The notes beneath the pieces were generated by a model that was given only the letters and a program-made list of their open reading frames with translations, did no database searches and had not been told where the DNA came from. The position numbers and the translations under genes are program-made. DNA of 64,000 nt from Eledone cirrhosa (Eukaryota): contig OZ024742.1 in NCBI GenBank assembly GCA_964016885.1, forward strand, positions 243,102,001-243,166,000, given 5' to 3'. Below, piece after piece: positions 27,619-40,923 of this stretch (positions are counted from its first letter, which is position 1; each line of letters begins with the position of its first letter).

Positions 27619-30514
27619 ACTACCCTTCATCTATTCTATTCACTGGTAACACCATATATTATAATTATAGAGCTCCTTACGAGATCATTTGACATGTTAG
27701 AAATAGCAACTTAATCTCCTTCAAACCAAACAAAGAAATACACATTGGATAATCTGATTATAGGCGCACACACAGGAAACCGATGACTTGGTCATGGCTA
27801 GAACTTTAGATTATATGCCTGCTCAATCAGTTCTGAACTTGGGTTAAACTGCAACACATCAACAATAGCAACAAAACAACAGCTACAACAACAGGGTGAT
27901 GTTTCATAATGACTGCATTGTAATTAATGTAGGCGCTATTGTGATGTGATGTAATCAAAAATGACAAAACAGATAGTTATCCTTAATTGGTATTCTACGA
28001 ATTAATAAAACACATTTAGACACGTATTTTATTGCATGACCAGTAACTCTATATCTTCCTTCATAATCATCTGGGTGTGTTCCTTTCGTTATCTACTCCT
28101 ACGTTTTTCACATTTGTCAGTGTTATCATTTTATCACTTAATCAGAGAAGACTGATCGCACCCGTTGTCTTTTTTTAGAGTTTCCGAAACTATTAAGGGG
28201 GGGGGGGGGGTGAAGTTATCCTTAGACCTCAGATTATTCTGAAATGTTTTCAACAGTATGGACTCCAGTAAAAACACTCAAAGGTAAGGTGATGTGAAGA
28301 ATAGAAAAGATCTCTCCAGCAGGCGTTCACATATTTCGTCTGCAAAAGTCCCCTTGGAAGGCGATGTTCGACCCGAGGCTATGATAAAAGACACTCGTTC
28401 AACGTGACCAATCTTGAGATTGGATTCGAAACCACGTAATTGCGAAGCATATTTCTTAACACACACCTAAGCCTTACAAACGATTGTGTTTTGACATAGC
28501 CCTTTTTCTCCGTTCCTCATTATTTCCGCTTCTCTACCCTTCTTCTTCTCCCCCCCCCCCCCTCTTTCATACATACTCTCACACTCACTCATACATTACA
28601 TCGCTACATTCAATCTATTCATTCGATACTGTTAGAAGACAAAAAGACATCTCTCTCCGACGAAGGGTTTTGTTTGAAACGTCGTTAGAAGTTTTCTTTT
28701 TCTCCCAATAAATCAATTTATTCAGCTTTTGAACCGTTCATACTTATTAATTGCCGATACAGATCAGTACTAGTTTTCTTTGTATCTTGTGTTTATTCTT
28801 TTTATGTATGGGGCTTCCTGTTTAAATATAGATGAAGATAACCTTTTATCTCTTCAAGATTCTATAATATTATATGTATTATATGTTGTGTTGTTTAGCC
28901 CCAGGTCAGTCCTGGTTGAACGGTCATATTATCGTAGGTATTCTAACCATATATGTTTATGGCTACATTATCTAATGTGTTCTTCGTTTATTTTTTAAAG
29001 GATATTTAGCTGCTATTACTAACATATAGAGAACAATACGAGTAATGTTAAAAGAACTAGTATTTACGAGAATATAGTTGATGTAGGTGTTTCATTCATT
29101 GAGACGAGTATTGCTACGTTTCTTGTTATGTCTACTGTTTACAAGCAGGAAAGTTGGCAGAATATTTATTTAGTTCAATATAAAGTCCTCTTGTTTAATG
29201 AGATTTCAAAAGAAGTGTTACTATCAATAAAATAAAATGTTCTCTCTAACTTCAGCTAATAAACTAAAGTGTGTTTTGTTTTGCTTTTTCAGAAACGTTA
29301 CCTATAAAATTTTACAGATGTAACTATAGAACTTAACAGTCTTACATCTATTTAGTCGTCAATAAAGTAATAGATTAGCTCTCTTCTCTTCAAGTACAAT
29401 ATCAACAGTTAATCTTAAATCATAGTTTCCACCAATTAGTTTAGCTGGGTTCAAATGTTAAGTTTTGAAGAACAAGAAATAAAATATGCCAACACGTAAC
29501 CAAAACTGATTGCAATAAAAACATCCCTCCTACAATATTAGTTTAGTAACACAACATTCTATGCTGCACCTTTTCTTAGAAATATTAGTTGTTAGTCTTG
29601 GAAGGAAGGTTGTAAGGGCGTATTAGTATAGGAAGAAATGTTGTAAAAGAAAAGGAAAAACATGCATATCACATTAAAGATAGTGAATTGACTTAAATAG
29701 TAAGATGCTGTTAAATGTATCAAAATATTAAGCCGCTTCTATCCACGTTATAAGATCAAATCTTCTGTTGGTTAAGCCTATCTTTTAACCACATCGAGGT
29801 CAATTAAGCAGTGAATCATGTATGTATTAAGTTTGTTTTCAATCGACTACATCCGCCAATTTCGTTGCTGCCATTCTTGGTGCTATTTAGCCGCAGGTCA
29901 ACCTAAATTGAAAAAGTATATAATCAAATGCATTTGAGTGGTAGCCGCATCATAATATTACTTGAAGCAGTGCACCTAGAATCACTTTTATCCCTTGCGT
30001 CCTTTATATATAAAGTATATATAAACATATCTACTAGACGCAAATCAAAATACCTCTTGAATCTCAATGCAAAGAACAGTTTATGTGATGGAGAGAGTAT
30101 ACAACATTGAAAACTTGTACTATTACATGTGTATTATGCTCCGAAACTATACAAAAGACATATACATGTTGAAAAATACATTGGAAATAAATATTGAAAC
30201 CAATTATAAGTATATCATATCTCTGATAAACGTTTCTGGAAATATTTAAAGCATTTCTACCTGTTGACACAAATCAAATAACATACACATGCTTCTTCAT
30301 CAGCAAGGCAGAAAGATAGAGTAAAGCTTTAGTTTGTTGATGTAGTGCGAAAACCCGCTCATATGTAGAAATAAGCATACGTCATCTATCAAACTTAGGA
30401 ATTTAACGAGTAGAGCTCTGAGATAACTTAGCTTCTACTATCTACATTTGGCAGACAGGAAAAGTGCTGGGTCACTCGAACTTTCAAATTTATGACCAAT
30501 GGAAATAAGATATT

Positions 30515-30655
30515 AATAATTGTTTCTACTTTTGGCACAAGGCCAGCAATTACCCAGTGCATTACTGGTACTTTATTTTATCGACCTCGTAAGGATGAAA
30601 GGCAAAGTTAACCTCGGCGGGATTTGAACTCAGAATGAAAAGGGCCGTAACTCTA
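30515..30655 (-). mobile_element. SINE family A, 5'-truncated
   Basis: Core and tail; flanked by aaataagatattaataat duplication. Confidence 0.8.
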
Positions 30656-31489
30656 AATAAGATATTAATAATGATGCATCAATACAAAGTATTGCTAGCA
30701 TACAAATGTCAGAAACAGAAAATGTACTTGTATACAACGTGTTTCGGATATCTTAAGTCTTTTTTTTTTTCTTCTACCAAACACTCTACCTCTTTATGTC
30801 ATGTGTTACTTAACTTAAAGATTCTTGCATGATATACAAGATTCTTCACCTGACAGATTAATGTCATACTGTATATATACCAAATATATATACTAATACA
30901 CAGATTTATGTTGAATTTTACCTACAAATACCTCAAATATCTTTCAGCTCTATTTATCTGCTTTTTTTTTTGTATATCAAACATATGATTTATATACCAA
31001 ATTCAGTTACTATTGATATTGATGTTATTGCTGCTGTTGCTGTTTAATTGATATCAGTTCTGATCAGGCACATCTATGGTCAGACACACTATCCATAACT
31101 ACGACGTTTTTTCTTCAAACAATGTATCTGTATGTATGTATGATCCCGTAACTCCTAAGGAAGTCGTAGGGGCGCCATATTAACATACGGCGTTTCTAGA
31201 TCACTCCACCTGGTGGAGCCCATCTCTTCTCCAGCTGTGAATACAGCAGATTTCTTCCAGAGAAAGATAGAGTGAGAAAGAGGAATAGATAGAGAGGAAG
31301 GGTCGACCCCAATACTTGAGTGGTACATTTTTATCGACCTTACGACTAGTTACGTCACTACGTTTTAAGTCCAAAAGCCACAGAAGTCAATTTTGCCGTT
31401 CATTCTTCAGGGATCGATAAAATAGATATTTGTCATATGCTACAATTGTTTATCTTAGTCAGAAATTAATAGCAATGTAAGTATTGGCT

Positions 31490-31932
31490 ACTGATTTAGG
31501 CACAAGGCCAATCATTTGGGGGGAGGGGAAAGTCGATTAAATCGACCCCAGTAAATTACTGGTACTTTATTTTATCGTAAAGATGAAAGGCAAAGCTAAC
31601 TTCAGCACGAATTGAACCTAGACCGTAAAGGGGCGTAATCCTAAGCTATAAAGCATGTTGTTCGACGCTCTACCGATACTGCCAATCCACCACCCTATTA
31701 TACCAAACTAAATATTGGTTTCTTATATAGGCACAAGGCCAGCAATTTTTGGGGAGGAGAAAGTCGATTAAATCGACCCCAGTGCGTGACTGGTACTTTA
31801 TTATCTCGACCCGGTAAGGATGAAAGGCAAAGTTAACCACGGCGGGATTTGAACTCAGATCGTAAAAGGCCGTAACTCTATGCTACAAAGCATGGCGTCC
31901 GACCCGCTATCGATACTGCCAATCCACCGTCC
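31490..31932 (-). mobile_element. Two SINE family A copies
   Basis: 31490-31695 and 31713-31932; taccaaactaaatatt duplicated around the second. Confidence 0.85.
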
Positions 31933-32888
31933 TTACCAAACTAAATATTAAAAAGAAATATCCTTAACTATTTTGTGCAGAATCTTCTCTAAATTATGCT
32001 AAATGGTCCTGGAGTTCTCGTTAGTATTAAGCTAAGTCACGTTTCATATAATATATGAGATAACATATGGAAAATATAATATAATAAGATAAGATAACAT
32101 ATGGAAAATACATATATGTTTCAGAAATGTTTTACAGAAAATAAACACATGATTTTTACTATCAAATTAAAAGACAAAATATGAATTATAAATAATCTCG
32201 CATGTTCTAACCCCTATTCACTAGATTAACTTTCTGCAGAATCGTTTACAATATGGCAAAGAAAATATATAACAAATACTCCAAAGCAATACGGAGAAAA
32301 TTACATCAGATAATTCAAGAAATTAAATACTGAAATCTATATTTCAAGGAAGAAGAGAAGGAATTTTCTTTTTTAATAAAATAAGTTTAACTGTTAATTA
32401 TCTATAAATTATGTAATTTTTTACCACCGTTTACTTGCACCAACTAAGAGTCACGCTTGACGTGTCATATAAATGCTGAACAGCTGGGTCTATTTCATGC
32501 TTGATATATGTGATATAGTGATGAAGCGGAATAAAGAAATAAAAAGCAGTATAAATTTATAAAAAATATATATATAAAACAAAGGAAACGCACCGGTAAA
32601 CAATTATAAGATCATGAATGGAAAGAAAAATTTAATAAGACTGTCAAAATTATTGAGTAGATCTTTCCTCTAATTTGAAATTAATATGGTATAGAAAAAA
32701 AAAATGGGTGTATACTTCTGTGCTATACTTATGATGTAATTATACACGCAAACATTGCTGTACACACACACACAAACGCACGTGTTTGTGCGTAATCATT
32801 AACAATATATATATATATATATACATTTGTCTAGACAATTTCTTACCCTTGAATTATAGTAACTATATATATATATATATATATATAC

Positions 32889-32976
<88 letters not shown>

Positions 32977-33106
32977 AGAATCCGTTGGAAACTCAATATG
33001 TTAGTTGAGTATAGACATATTCATTTATTATAGAAATGACTTCTACAGGACTAGAGCTGTTTCGTTCGCAAGAAAGAGTTGTGAGTTGTAATATATATAT
33101 ATATAC

Positions 33107-33201
<95 letters not shown>

Positions 33202-33301
33202 CGTGCGTGTGTGTGTGTGTGTATTTATATATATATATATACATATATATCTATATATACATATATATATACATATATATATTCTTTCATAATTCTTTCA
33301 T

Positions 33302-33334
<33 letters not shown>

Positions 33335-33836
33335 CGGCGATGAATTTGTTTTGCGAGGTTTTTGATATGAAATCGTATGTCGAAACAAATGTTGTTATAC
33401 TTGGGGAGGGTCATATTGTTGTATTAATATTGCCAGAATTCTGGCAATATTATTACAACTATATATATATATATATATACATATATATACATATAAATTC
33501 TTTCATAATTCTTGTACTATTATATATATATATACATACAGAGATATCCACGGTAAGTTATGGGGTCCAGTCTGTATGAAGAACTCAATGTAATCCATAT
33601 GTTGAAAATGTTGTAGGTTAAAATAAATCCCGGAAAACAATAAAACATTAAAAGGAAAACAGAGTCATGATATAAGTTAAAACAATGAAATAAAAATCAA
33701 GCACTGAAGTATATTTCTAATGACTTGATTTTTTTATTTCATTGTTTTAATTTATATATATATAAATATATATATATATATTTTGAGTTTATGTTGGTTG
33801 TATACCAACACCTCAGTATGCAGGCTGGAGCACTCG

Positions 33837-33911
33837 ACGAAGTGCACAGGTTGGTTTGGTTACGAAGTGCGCAGGTTGGTTTGGTTACGAAGTGCGCAGG
33901 TTGGTTTGGTT
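33837..33911. repeat. 25-bp tandem repeat x3 (acgaagtgcgcaggttggtttggtt)
   Basis: Directly visible, upstream of a hammerhead. Confidence 0.9.
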
Positions 33912-34021
33912 CACTGAGGAACTGTGAATTAACAACCCAACAAGGAACTGGGCATATCAGAGTATTGACAATATTATACACCTAAACAACATATGTACTT
34001 GTCTATACCATACTAATTCAA

Positions 34022-34076
34022 ACTGCCTGAAGAGGTCACAGCCAAAGCTGGCTGTCACTGAAATATATATAGCAGT
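34022..34076 (+). ncRNA. Type I hammerhead ribozyme motif
   Basis: actgc-CTGAAGA-ggtcacagcc aaagct ggctgtcact-GAAA-tatat-ATA-gcagt, then AATAAA. Confidence 0.85.
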
Positions 34077-34120
34077 AATAAACGAAGCTAAATTTTAATC
34101 ATTTGACTTTTATTTAACTT

Positions 34121-34152
<32 letters not shown>

Positions 34153-34158
<6 letters not shown>

Positions 34159-35025
34159 AAATTTCGCTCTACATGGCTGAATACAATAAATGTAATCTGA
34201 GTTTTTCGAATATTAATAACAACATTTAATTCGTTTGCAATTTTGCAAACAACCCTCAATTTTATAGCCATGTCAGGAGAATGAACACTTCATTCTTGCT
34301 CTTATGTTGGCATGCGAACAGAACTGCAGACACTAATGTTTCTGGGTATCACCCTTCATCAGTACAGCTCACTGTTCACCTGCCAAACTGTCAGAGCTAG
34401 TGAAAATATATGCTATTTTCAAAAATACAATGACTGATCGGCCTGATTTGCATATTAGCAAACTGGCTGATCAGTCAGATCTGCATATTAGCAGATCCAC
34501 TGATCAGCCAGATTTGCATATCAGCAGACTGGCCAGTCAGTTTCCTGTATACGAGCGATAAATGGCCGGTTTTGCCAAATTCAAATAAAAAAGAAAATTT
34601 CGCTCTACATGGCTGAATACAATAAATGTAATCTCTTTATTTGAATTTGGCAAAGCCGGCAATTAATCGAATGTTATTATTAATATTCCAAAAACTAAGA
34701 TTACATTTATTGTATTCACCCATGTAGAGCGAAATTTTCTTTTTTATTTGAATTTGGCAAAGCTGGCCATTTATCGCTCGTATACAGGAAACTGACTGGC
34801 CAGTCTGCTGATATGCAAATCTGGCTGATCAGTGGATCTGCTAATATACAAATCTGATTGATCAACCAGTCTGCTAATATGCAAATCAGGCCGATCAGTC
34901 ACATAAGAGCAAAAATGAAGTGTTCATTCTCCTGACATGGCTATAAAATTGAGGGTTGTTTGCAAAATTGTAAATGAATTGAATGTTATTATTAATATTC
35001 GAAAAACTCAGATTACATTTATTAT
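34153..35025. mobile_element. Inverted/tandem-duplicated pLTR-like element with hammerhead at 34324-34367 (-)
   Basis: Segments of 34153-34635 are mirrored in 34636-35020; HHR reverse complement ctgta-CTGATGA-agggtgataccca-GAAAC-attagt-GTC-tgcag. Confidence 0.75.
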
Positions 35026-35121
35026 ATAGTCGTCCACCACCAACACCCCACTCTCCAGAGCGTGAAATTCATAAACATTCGTTGTACTGCCTCTCTGTTT
35101 TGTCCCTGTTCAAATTTTTCC

Positions 35122-35169
<48 letters not shown>

Positions 35170-35489
35170 GGAATGAATTCTGTGAGAGAGCATCGTTATT
35201 TTTCTCCCTCATATCAAGAATTTGAAGATCAGTGAGATCAGTGATTATCAATGAGATCAGTGATAATCGATCATCGCTTCACAATCGATCTATCTCTTAT
35301 TGAAACATGTGTCGTGATTAAATGATTGGAATTTTACCCTGGCTTCGGATTTTCATTTTGATACTTATACTCCGTTTTACATCATCTAGCTGTTCCCTAG
35401 TATGGAATTGGAGATATACAAAAGCGTGGAGAACTTAATACTGCTAACATAAATTTATTGGACCATTTTACACAACCAATAATGCACCT

Positions 35490-35557
<68 letters not shown>

Positions 35558-36055
35558 GTACAATGATTATGAAAGAATTTAAGACATTTTTATTAATACT
35601 ACACATGTTTCAACAAATAAAGAGTGAAGAATATATTAAATAGAAAATTTCATTAAGCTACCTTATATCAAGTAGAAGTAAATCCATATAGTAAGATGTG
35701 AGCATAAAAACGAAAGAAAACATCTTAGTACATAACTCTACATCAATTTTATATCGCCAGAGACATTAAAGATAGTCATAAATTTTTAGAGAAACAGATC
35801 TCCTTGAGAAAAACATCCGATCATCACAAGTACATTTTCCACCAATTTATGTATGTTTTAATGTACACTGCCCTTGAAGGGATTTAATTGATCACATCCA
35901 CCCCAGTACGGATTTTCTCAGGCCTTGTACTTTTTCAATAGATCTTTTTTTTTCATATTGCTAAGGTACGGGATATAAACAGTAAACCTATATGAATTAA
36001 AACAACAGAAGTAAGCTTTATTTCATCATTTTTCATTTTGTAAAAAAAAACTCAC

Positions 36056-36095
<40 letters not shown>

Positions 36096-36240
36096 GACTG
36101 GTTTCCACACTAAACTTTACTCACAAGACATGTAGACTATAACAAGTGACACTTACCAAGGAGCCAGGTAGTAAGACTGAACCCGAAACCACGTAGTTGC
36201 GAAACAAATTCTTCAACCACACAGCCATAACGAAATTATA

Positions 36241-36850
36241 CATTGTCATTATTCCCAAATCCGATTGTTCGAGTTACCTGCTGACTTTATGCGAAAACCA
36301 GACGTTGATTGTGTGAACCTATATCATACTAGAAGTTGTATTTCTTCAGATTGAAGTGTATTTACAATAAGATTGAGCCATAGTATGCGCGAAATCACAA
36401 GTGTTGTATGGTGTTTGTGGGAGAAGGAAGGAAACAGTCAAACCACGGTCGACAATTTTTTTGTTTTATATTGATAAGTTGTTACCCTTCACCGACAGAG
36501 CAGCTGTATGGTGTGTGTATACTTGGAAAGTGAAGAGTGTATATTTTTAAAGATCATATATTAAATTGAAATGGTTCGAAAGGAGGTGACTATTTTATTT
36601 TCATTGTTTTAATTCATTCTTATCATTTTTGTCTGTGTTGAATTTCTGAGTCCGCTGCGGCTTAGCAAAAGATTTTTTTATTAACGTAGGCATTTCGTAA
36701 TCCCATTACGAAATGCCTGCGCTTTTGTTAATATTTTTATATCACTAGTGAAAAGGATTGTTTCATTCTATGTTAACCACTGCGAAACATTAAAGTAACA
36801 ATTCTAAATTATTCATACACTAAGAATCGGATTTGGGAATAATGACAATG
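36241..36850. mobile_element. Tc1/mariner-type MITE
   Basis: 26-bp TIR CATTGTCATTATTCCCAAATCCGATT / AATCGGATTTGGGAATAATGACAATG, TA on both sides. Confidence 0.8.
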
Positions 36851-36887
36851 TATTATTCGACATACCGTTAATTGGATTTATAATCGT

Positions 36888-37870
36888 ATAGTAAATTTCC
36901 ATTCAAAACTCCACTGCTTTGAGTTTCAATGTTTTATTATTTGACCTATCTGCTCCCAAATACAATGTTTATGCAAATCGGATTTACCGATATATTGAAA
37001 TCCTATACTAATAGCGAACGGCTATATCGGTTTCGTGAATAGAGAAAAGCGTGTACGAGACCTCTTAAGAGAGTCGCAATTGAGGCCGAAACCGTTCAGG
37101 CCAATCTTACATTTTCTGTCCACGGAGAAATTAAAGAAGAATATATTTGTTTACATTCCCTTAATGTGTTCCATTACATATACTGTGGAGCTAAAACCAT
37201 GGTGAGCATTAAGGTATACCAAATACTATATTTCCATTATCCAAAATCCGTTGCTTTATCAATAATTAATTGACTTAGCTGTCATCCAATGTTTATACCA
37301 ATGTATATTCAGTTCTTATTAAAGTAACTATATAAATGGCCATAATATATATTTCTCGGTAGCTAGACACAATACTTCTGAAATTCCTCAGGACAAGTTT
37401 TATTTTGTTTGTTATTTTTTCATCGGTCTACGGAAACATTTTAAAAAGTAAAATTTATTTAAAATTGTCAAGTGTATTCGATAACAAAGTTTGGTGACAC
37501 CCGAGAAACTTGAATTGCTTCATAGAGTATACACAATAGTATATTTCCATTATTCAAAATCCATTGCTTATTACATAAATAATTAATTCATTGACCCAAG
37601 CTGATAGCAAAAGCACTATTTATGCAAATCGGATTTATTTATTTATTTAGCTATAAACTATATTTCTCAGTGGAAAGACAAAGTTGTGTGCATTGTCTCT
37701 GAAGAAATTCAAAACTAGGATCGAATCCGATGAGGCCAATCTACCTACGTCTATCCACGGCTCGGTGAAATAAATTTGTCAATCGTATTTCATTATGCAT
37801 CACAACGATGGTTAAAAGATTGTGCTACCTGATATGATGTATCCAATAGTATGTTTTCATTATCCAAACT
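36888..37870 (+). repeat. Old tandem array of ~310-335 bp units with degenerate hammerhead relics
   Basis: Motif TA.TATATTTCCATTAT.CAAAATCC recurs at ~36888, 37224, 37535 and 37844; TTTATGCAAATCGGATTTA at 36968 and 37620; CT.AAGA...GAA.CCG...AGGCCAATC at ~37063 and ~37698. Confidence 0.55.
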
Positions 37871-38025
37871 ACTCTACAATAATCTATCATATTCTTCTGC
37901 TACTGACTACATGAATAATGCTTCAACTATACAACGAAATCTGAGATGCGCACAACATTTAGATTACTCGAGAGATAATTGACTGATAAATATACATATT
38001 TCAAATTAAGTATGATATATGCATT

Positions 38026-38056
<31 letters not shown>

Positions 38057-38058
38057 CA

Positions 38059-38173
<115 letters not shown>

Positions 38174-38329
38174 CATTTATCATACATATATATATACCAC
38201 AAACCCTCCATCTCAATTCTACTTTTGAAAAGCATAAAAACTGTGAAACCGGCAAAGGAAACAAATAAATATTCTTAAAAAGACTCCAGTTGCATTTTCG
38301 ATTTCATCTTCTTTCCTTATATATATATA

Positions 38330-39265
38330 CTAAGGTAAAACTTTAAAAGAATAGGACAAGAAACTAAGATAAAACTTTAAAGAATTGGACAAGAAATAAA
38401 AAAATGTTACAATAATATTAGTGGCAAAATTTTTATTGGTAAAAAATAGAGTTCCACATTCATAGGCTCTGGGTTCCACATTCAGAGGTCGTCGTCAGAC
38501 CGGGGGGATCATTTGATCCTGGTTTGAACACCAATTGGGCCATAACCATACCCCTATTTCATAATTCGGCGACACGCCTCATGTGTCATGCATAATGTGA
38601 ATGGACCCATGGGCCCATGAGCACAGATCTTTAGCAGCAGCGGACGGTCTTGTCGTTCCGCTCATCCTTGATCTTGACCAATCCGTCCATCTTCTCCTTG
38701 CATCTTGTCCTTGAGTTCAAGTCCAGCAGTCCAGATGAATGCGTGCCACATCTTTCTGGTACAGGAAGGGGGAGCAGGAGGACTGGAGGGATGACGGGAC
38801 AGAGGGAGGGAGGACCGGTGGTTGAGGGAGGTGCCGTAGTCGGTGGTCAGAGTCGACATCTTGTCCCGGTCGTCTTCTCCATCTTCGTCTGGTGTTGCGG
38901 GACCAGAAGGGCATTCTTGGAGGAGACCTGCAGCTGCATCGGCCAATTCTTCTTGCAATGGTCATTCTGACGGAGCAGAACTGCTCAGCCAACCAACCCC
39001 AACCAGAACCAACCGCTCAGGGGCAACGCACAATGAGAGCATGACAATTATTATGCACTAATCAAGAAGATACTGGGGCATAGCACAGGAAACGAACAAA
39101 AAAATGTTGCCACTAATATTATTGTAAATTTTTTTATTTCTTGTCCAATTCTTTAAAGTTTTATCTTAGTTTCTTGTCCTATTCTTTTAAAGTTTTATCT
39201 TAGTTTCTTGTCCTATTCTTTTAAAGTTTTATTTTAGTTTCTTGTCCTGTATTTTTAAAGGTTTA
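38330..39265. repeat. Inverted arms built of 32-bp tandem units (38330-38432 vs 39101-39265) enclosing a GC-rich decayed ORF
   Basis: taagataaaactttaaaagaataggacaagaaac units and their reverse complements. Confidence 0.85.
38480..38990 (-). pseudogene. Decayed GC-rich ORF of unknown function
   Basis: ORF 38662-38958 continues past TGA/TAG stops (..KICAHGPMGPFTLCMTHEAC..); AATAAA on the minus strand at ~38432-38437. Confidence 0.3.
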
Positions 39266-39586
39266 TATTCCAACAATATTACTTTTTTTTGCTGTACGCA
39301 TTTTTCTATCTGGTCTACTATTTTTTAAGGCAATGCAAGCAACAACTATCTAATAATTAAATGATCATAGTGAATTACTGACAAGTGATTGACATTTTAA
39401 AGTTCTTTTGAGTATAATTGCAATCTAGTTGAGGCAATTGGCTTAATGACAAAGCTAGTAAATCATGAATGCATTTGAGATGATTAGTGCATAATAGTGA
39501 ATTGGTGAAACTTGTGCATTTCAATGGTGTTACAACAATAGATGTAAGTTATATAGTAGTAATACTTTATCATTTTAACTTTTTAG

Positions 39587-39955
39587 AATGGACAAAACCC
39601 CATGCAAAGAAATGACTTTGACTGCAGTGATTCTTTCCAATTTACTTACGAAGCAAAACGTGGCAAATACCTTATCATCTCTGATAAAATGCGCATTGAA
39701 TCACTGAAAATCGGATGCATGGAATTCCTCATAAAATGCACCTATGAATCGGAAGCCATCACATATATCAATGGATATAGGGAGTTGTTCACACTGGAAG
39801 ACCATCACTTCATTTGTGATTTCATCAGTTATCTCCATGATTATCTCAGACACCCAATGCCATTGATGAGAGGTGATCCAATGTGTGAGCATGTAACTAA
39901 TCTTATAGAAGTTGTTATCGACCACCTGGCTTTTAGTGACATTTGTCTGATTTGA
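39587..39955 (+). CDS. Orphan coding exon (~120 aa), unknown function
   Basis: Protein-like, non-repetitive ORF preceded by a ttttag acceptor (39586) and possible gtaagt donor (39544); AATAAA at ~40032. Confidence 0.45.
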   Translation, partial: NGQNPMQRNDFDCSDSFQFTYEAKRGKYLIISDKMRIESLKIGCMEFLIKCTYESEAITYINGYRELFTLEDHHFICDFISYLHDYLRHPMPLMRGDPMCEHVTNLIEVVIDHLAFSDICLI

Positions 39956-40126
39956 CTGATAATGATGTATTTTTAAAAAGTATGTGTACATTCTTGTTAC
40001 TATTTTAAGGCAATGCAAGCAACAACTATTTAATAAAATTTAAATTTAAAAATGACCATTGTGCATTACTAGTATGATGGCATTTTATTAAGTCACAAAA
40101 TTAGTCAGTCAGCCATAGAACAAGGA

Positions 40127-40923
40127 TCAGGTGCCAAAAACATTGGCAAAAATTTGTGTCAATTTAAGATTTCCAACATTGTTCAAATGAATCATATCTG
40201 GTTTGAAGTCAGATTTGTCAAATTTTGACCAATTTTCAATGTCGTGAAGATTGGGCAAGTTCAATTTTTTAATCATTTTTTTCATGCAGTAATTAAACTT
40301 TTCCAAACGAGAATTTCTCTTGCCCAAGTCATTTTTATTTTCAATTACACTTTGTGGACGTGGAATGACACCACTGTAGAAAATGGGTGTACAGTGGTGC
40401 TTTTCCGCTATTTTTTGTAGCCTTGCAAAGAGACTCTTCCCCTGTTTTTCCGGTTTTGTGCCTCGAATGGGCACTTTGTCCTTAATTTACAAATAAATGA
40501 TTAATAAAAAAATACTTTGGCAAAAATTATTGTATTACTTTGCACAGCTTTGTAGTGCCAACGGTGCGACGAGGATTCAGATCATTAGAGCCGACATGAA
40601 CCACCAATACTTTCACAAAAGGACAACAGATAAAAATGTTGGCGATTAACATTACCTGGCCCTGACGGGCCCCAGGTATACAAAATATCTAAGTATTTTT
40701 TTGGGTATGATAAGTAAATACATTTGAATTAATATTGTTATACCTTCTGGTCATTCGATTTCGCCACATTTCTAATTATGGATTTGTAAAAACTGGCATG
40801 AATGTGAATTTGATCAGTCCAATTGCCCGATTTTAGTGAAAAGTTTTGATTCGAAATGGAAATACTCCATTTCCGTGCCATGGAAAAAATGAATAAGCCG
40901 ATCAAAAAGCCGCGAAACATCAT
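40127..40923 (-). CDS. Three-exon SGNH/GDSL hydrolase-like gene (exons 40923-40744, 40688-40539, 40480-40127; ~227 aa)
   Basis: Two phase-0 GT-AG introns (55 and 58 bp) join in frame; blocks SIIRNV (I, lacking GD), CIPGAR (II), VVHVGSND (III), YSGVIPR, PDMIHLN..G (V); AATAAA at ~40084-40089 (-). Confidence 0.72.

Noticed and set aside
29270-29300. Strong polypyrimidine/AG acceptor-like site
   Set aside because: No convincing open exon or donor follows.
39135-39265. 32-bp repeats as a CRISPR-like array
   Set aside because: Units are contiguous with no unique spacers, no cas genes, eukaryotic context.
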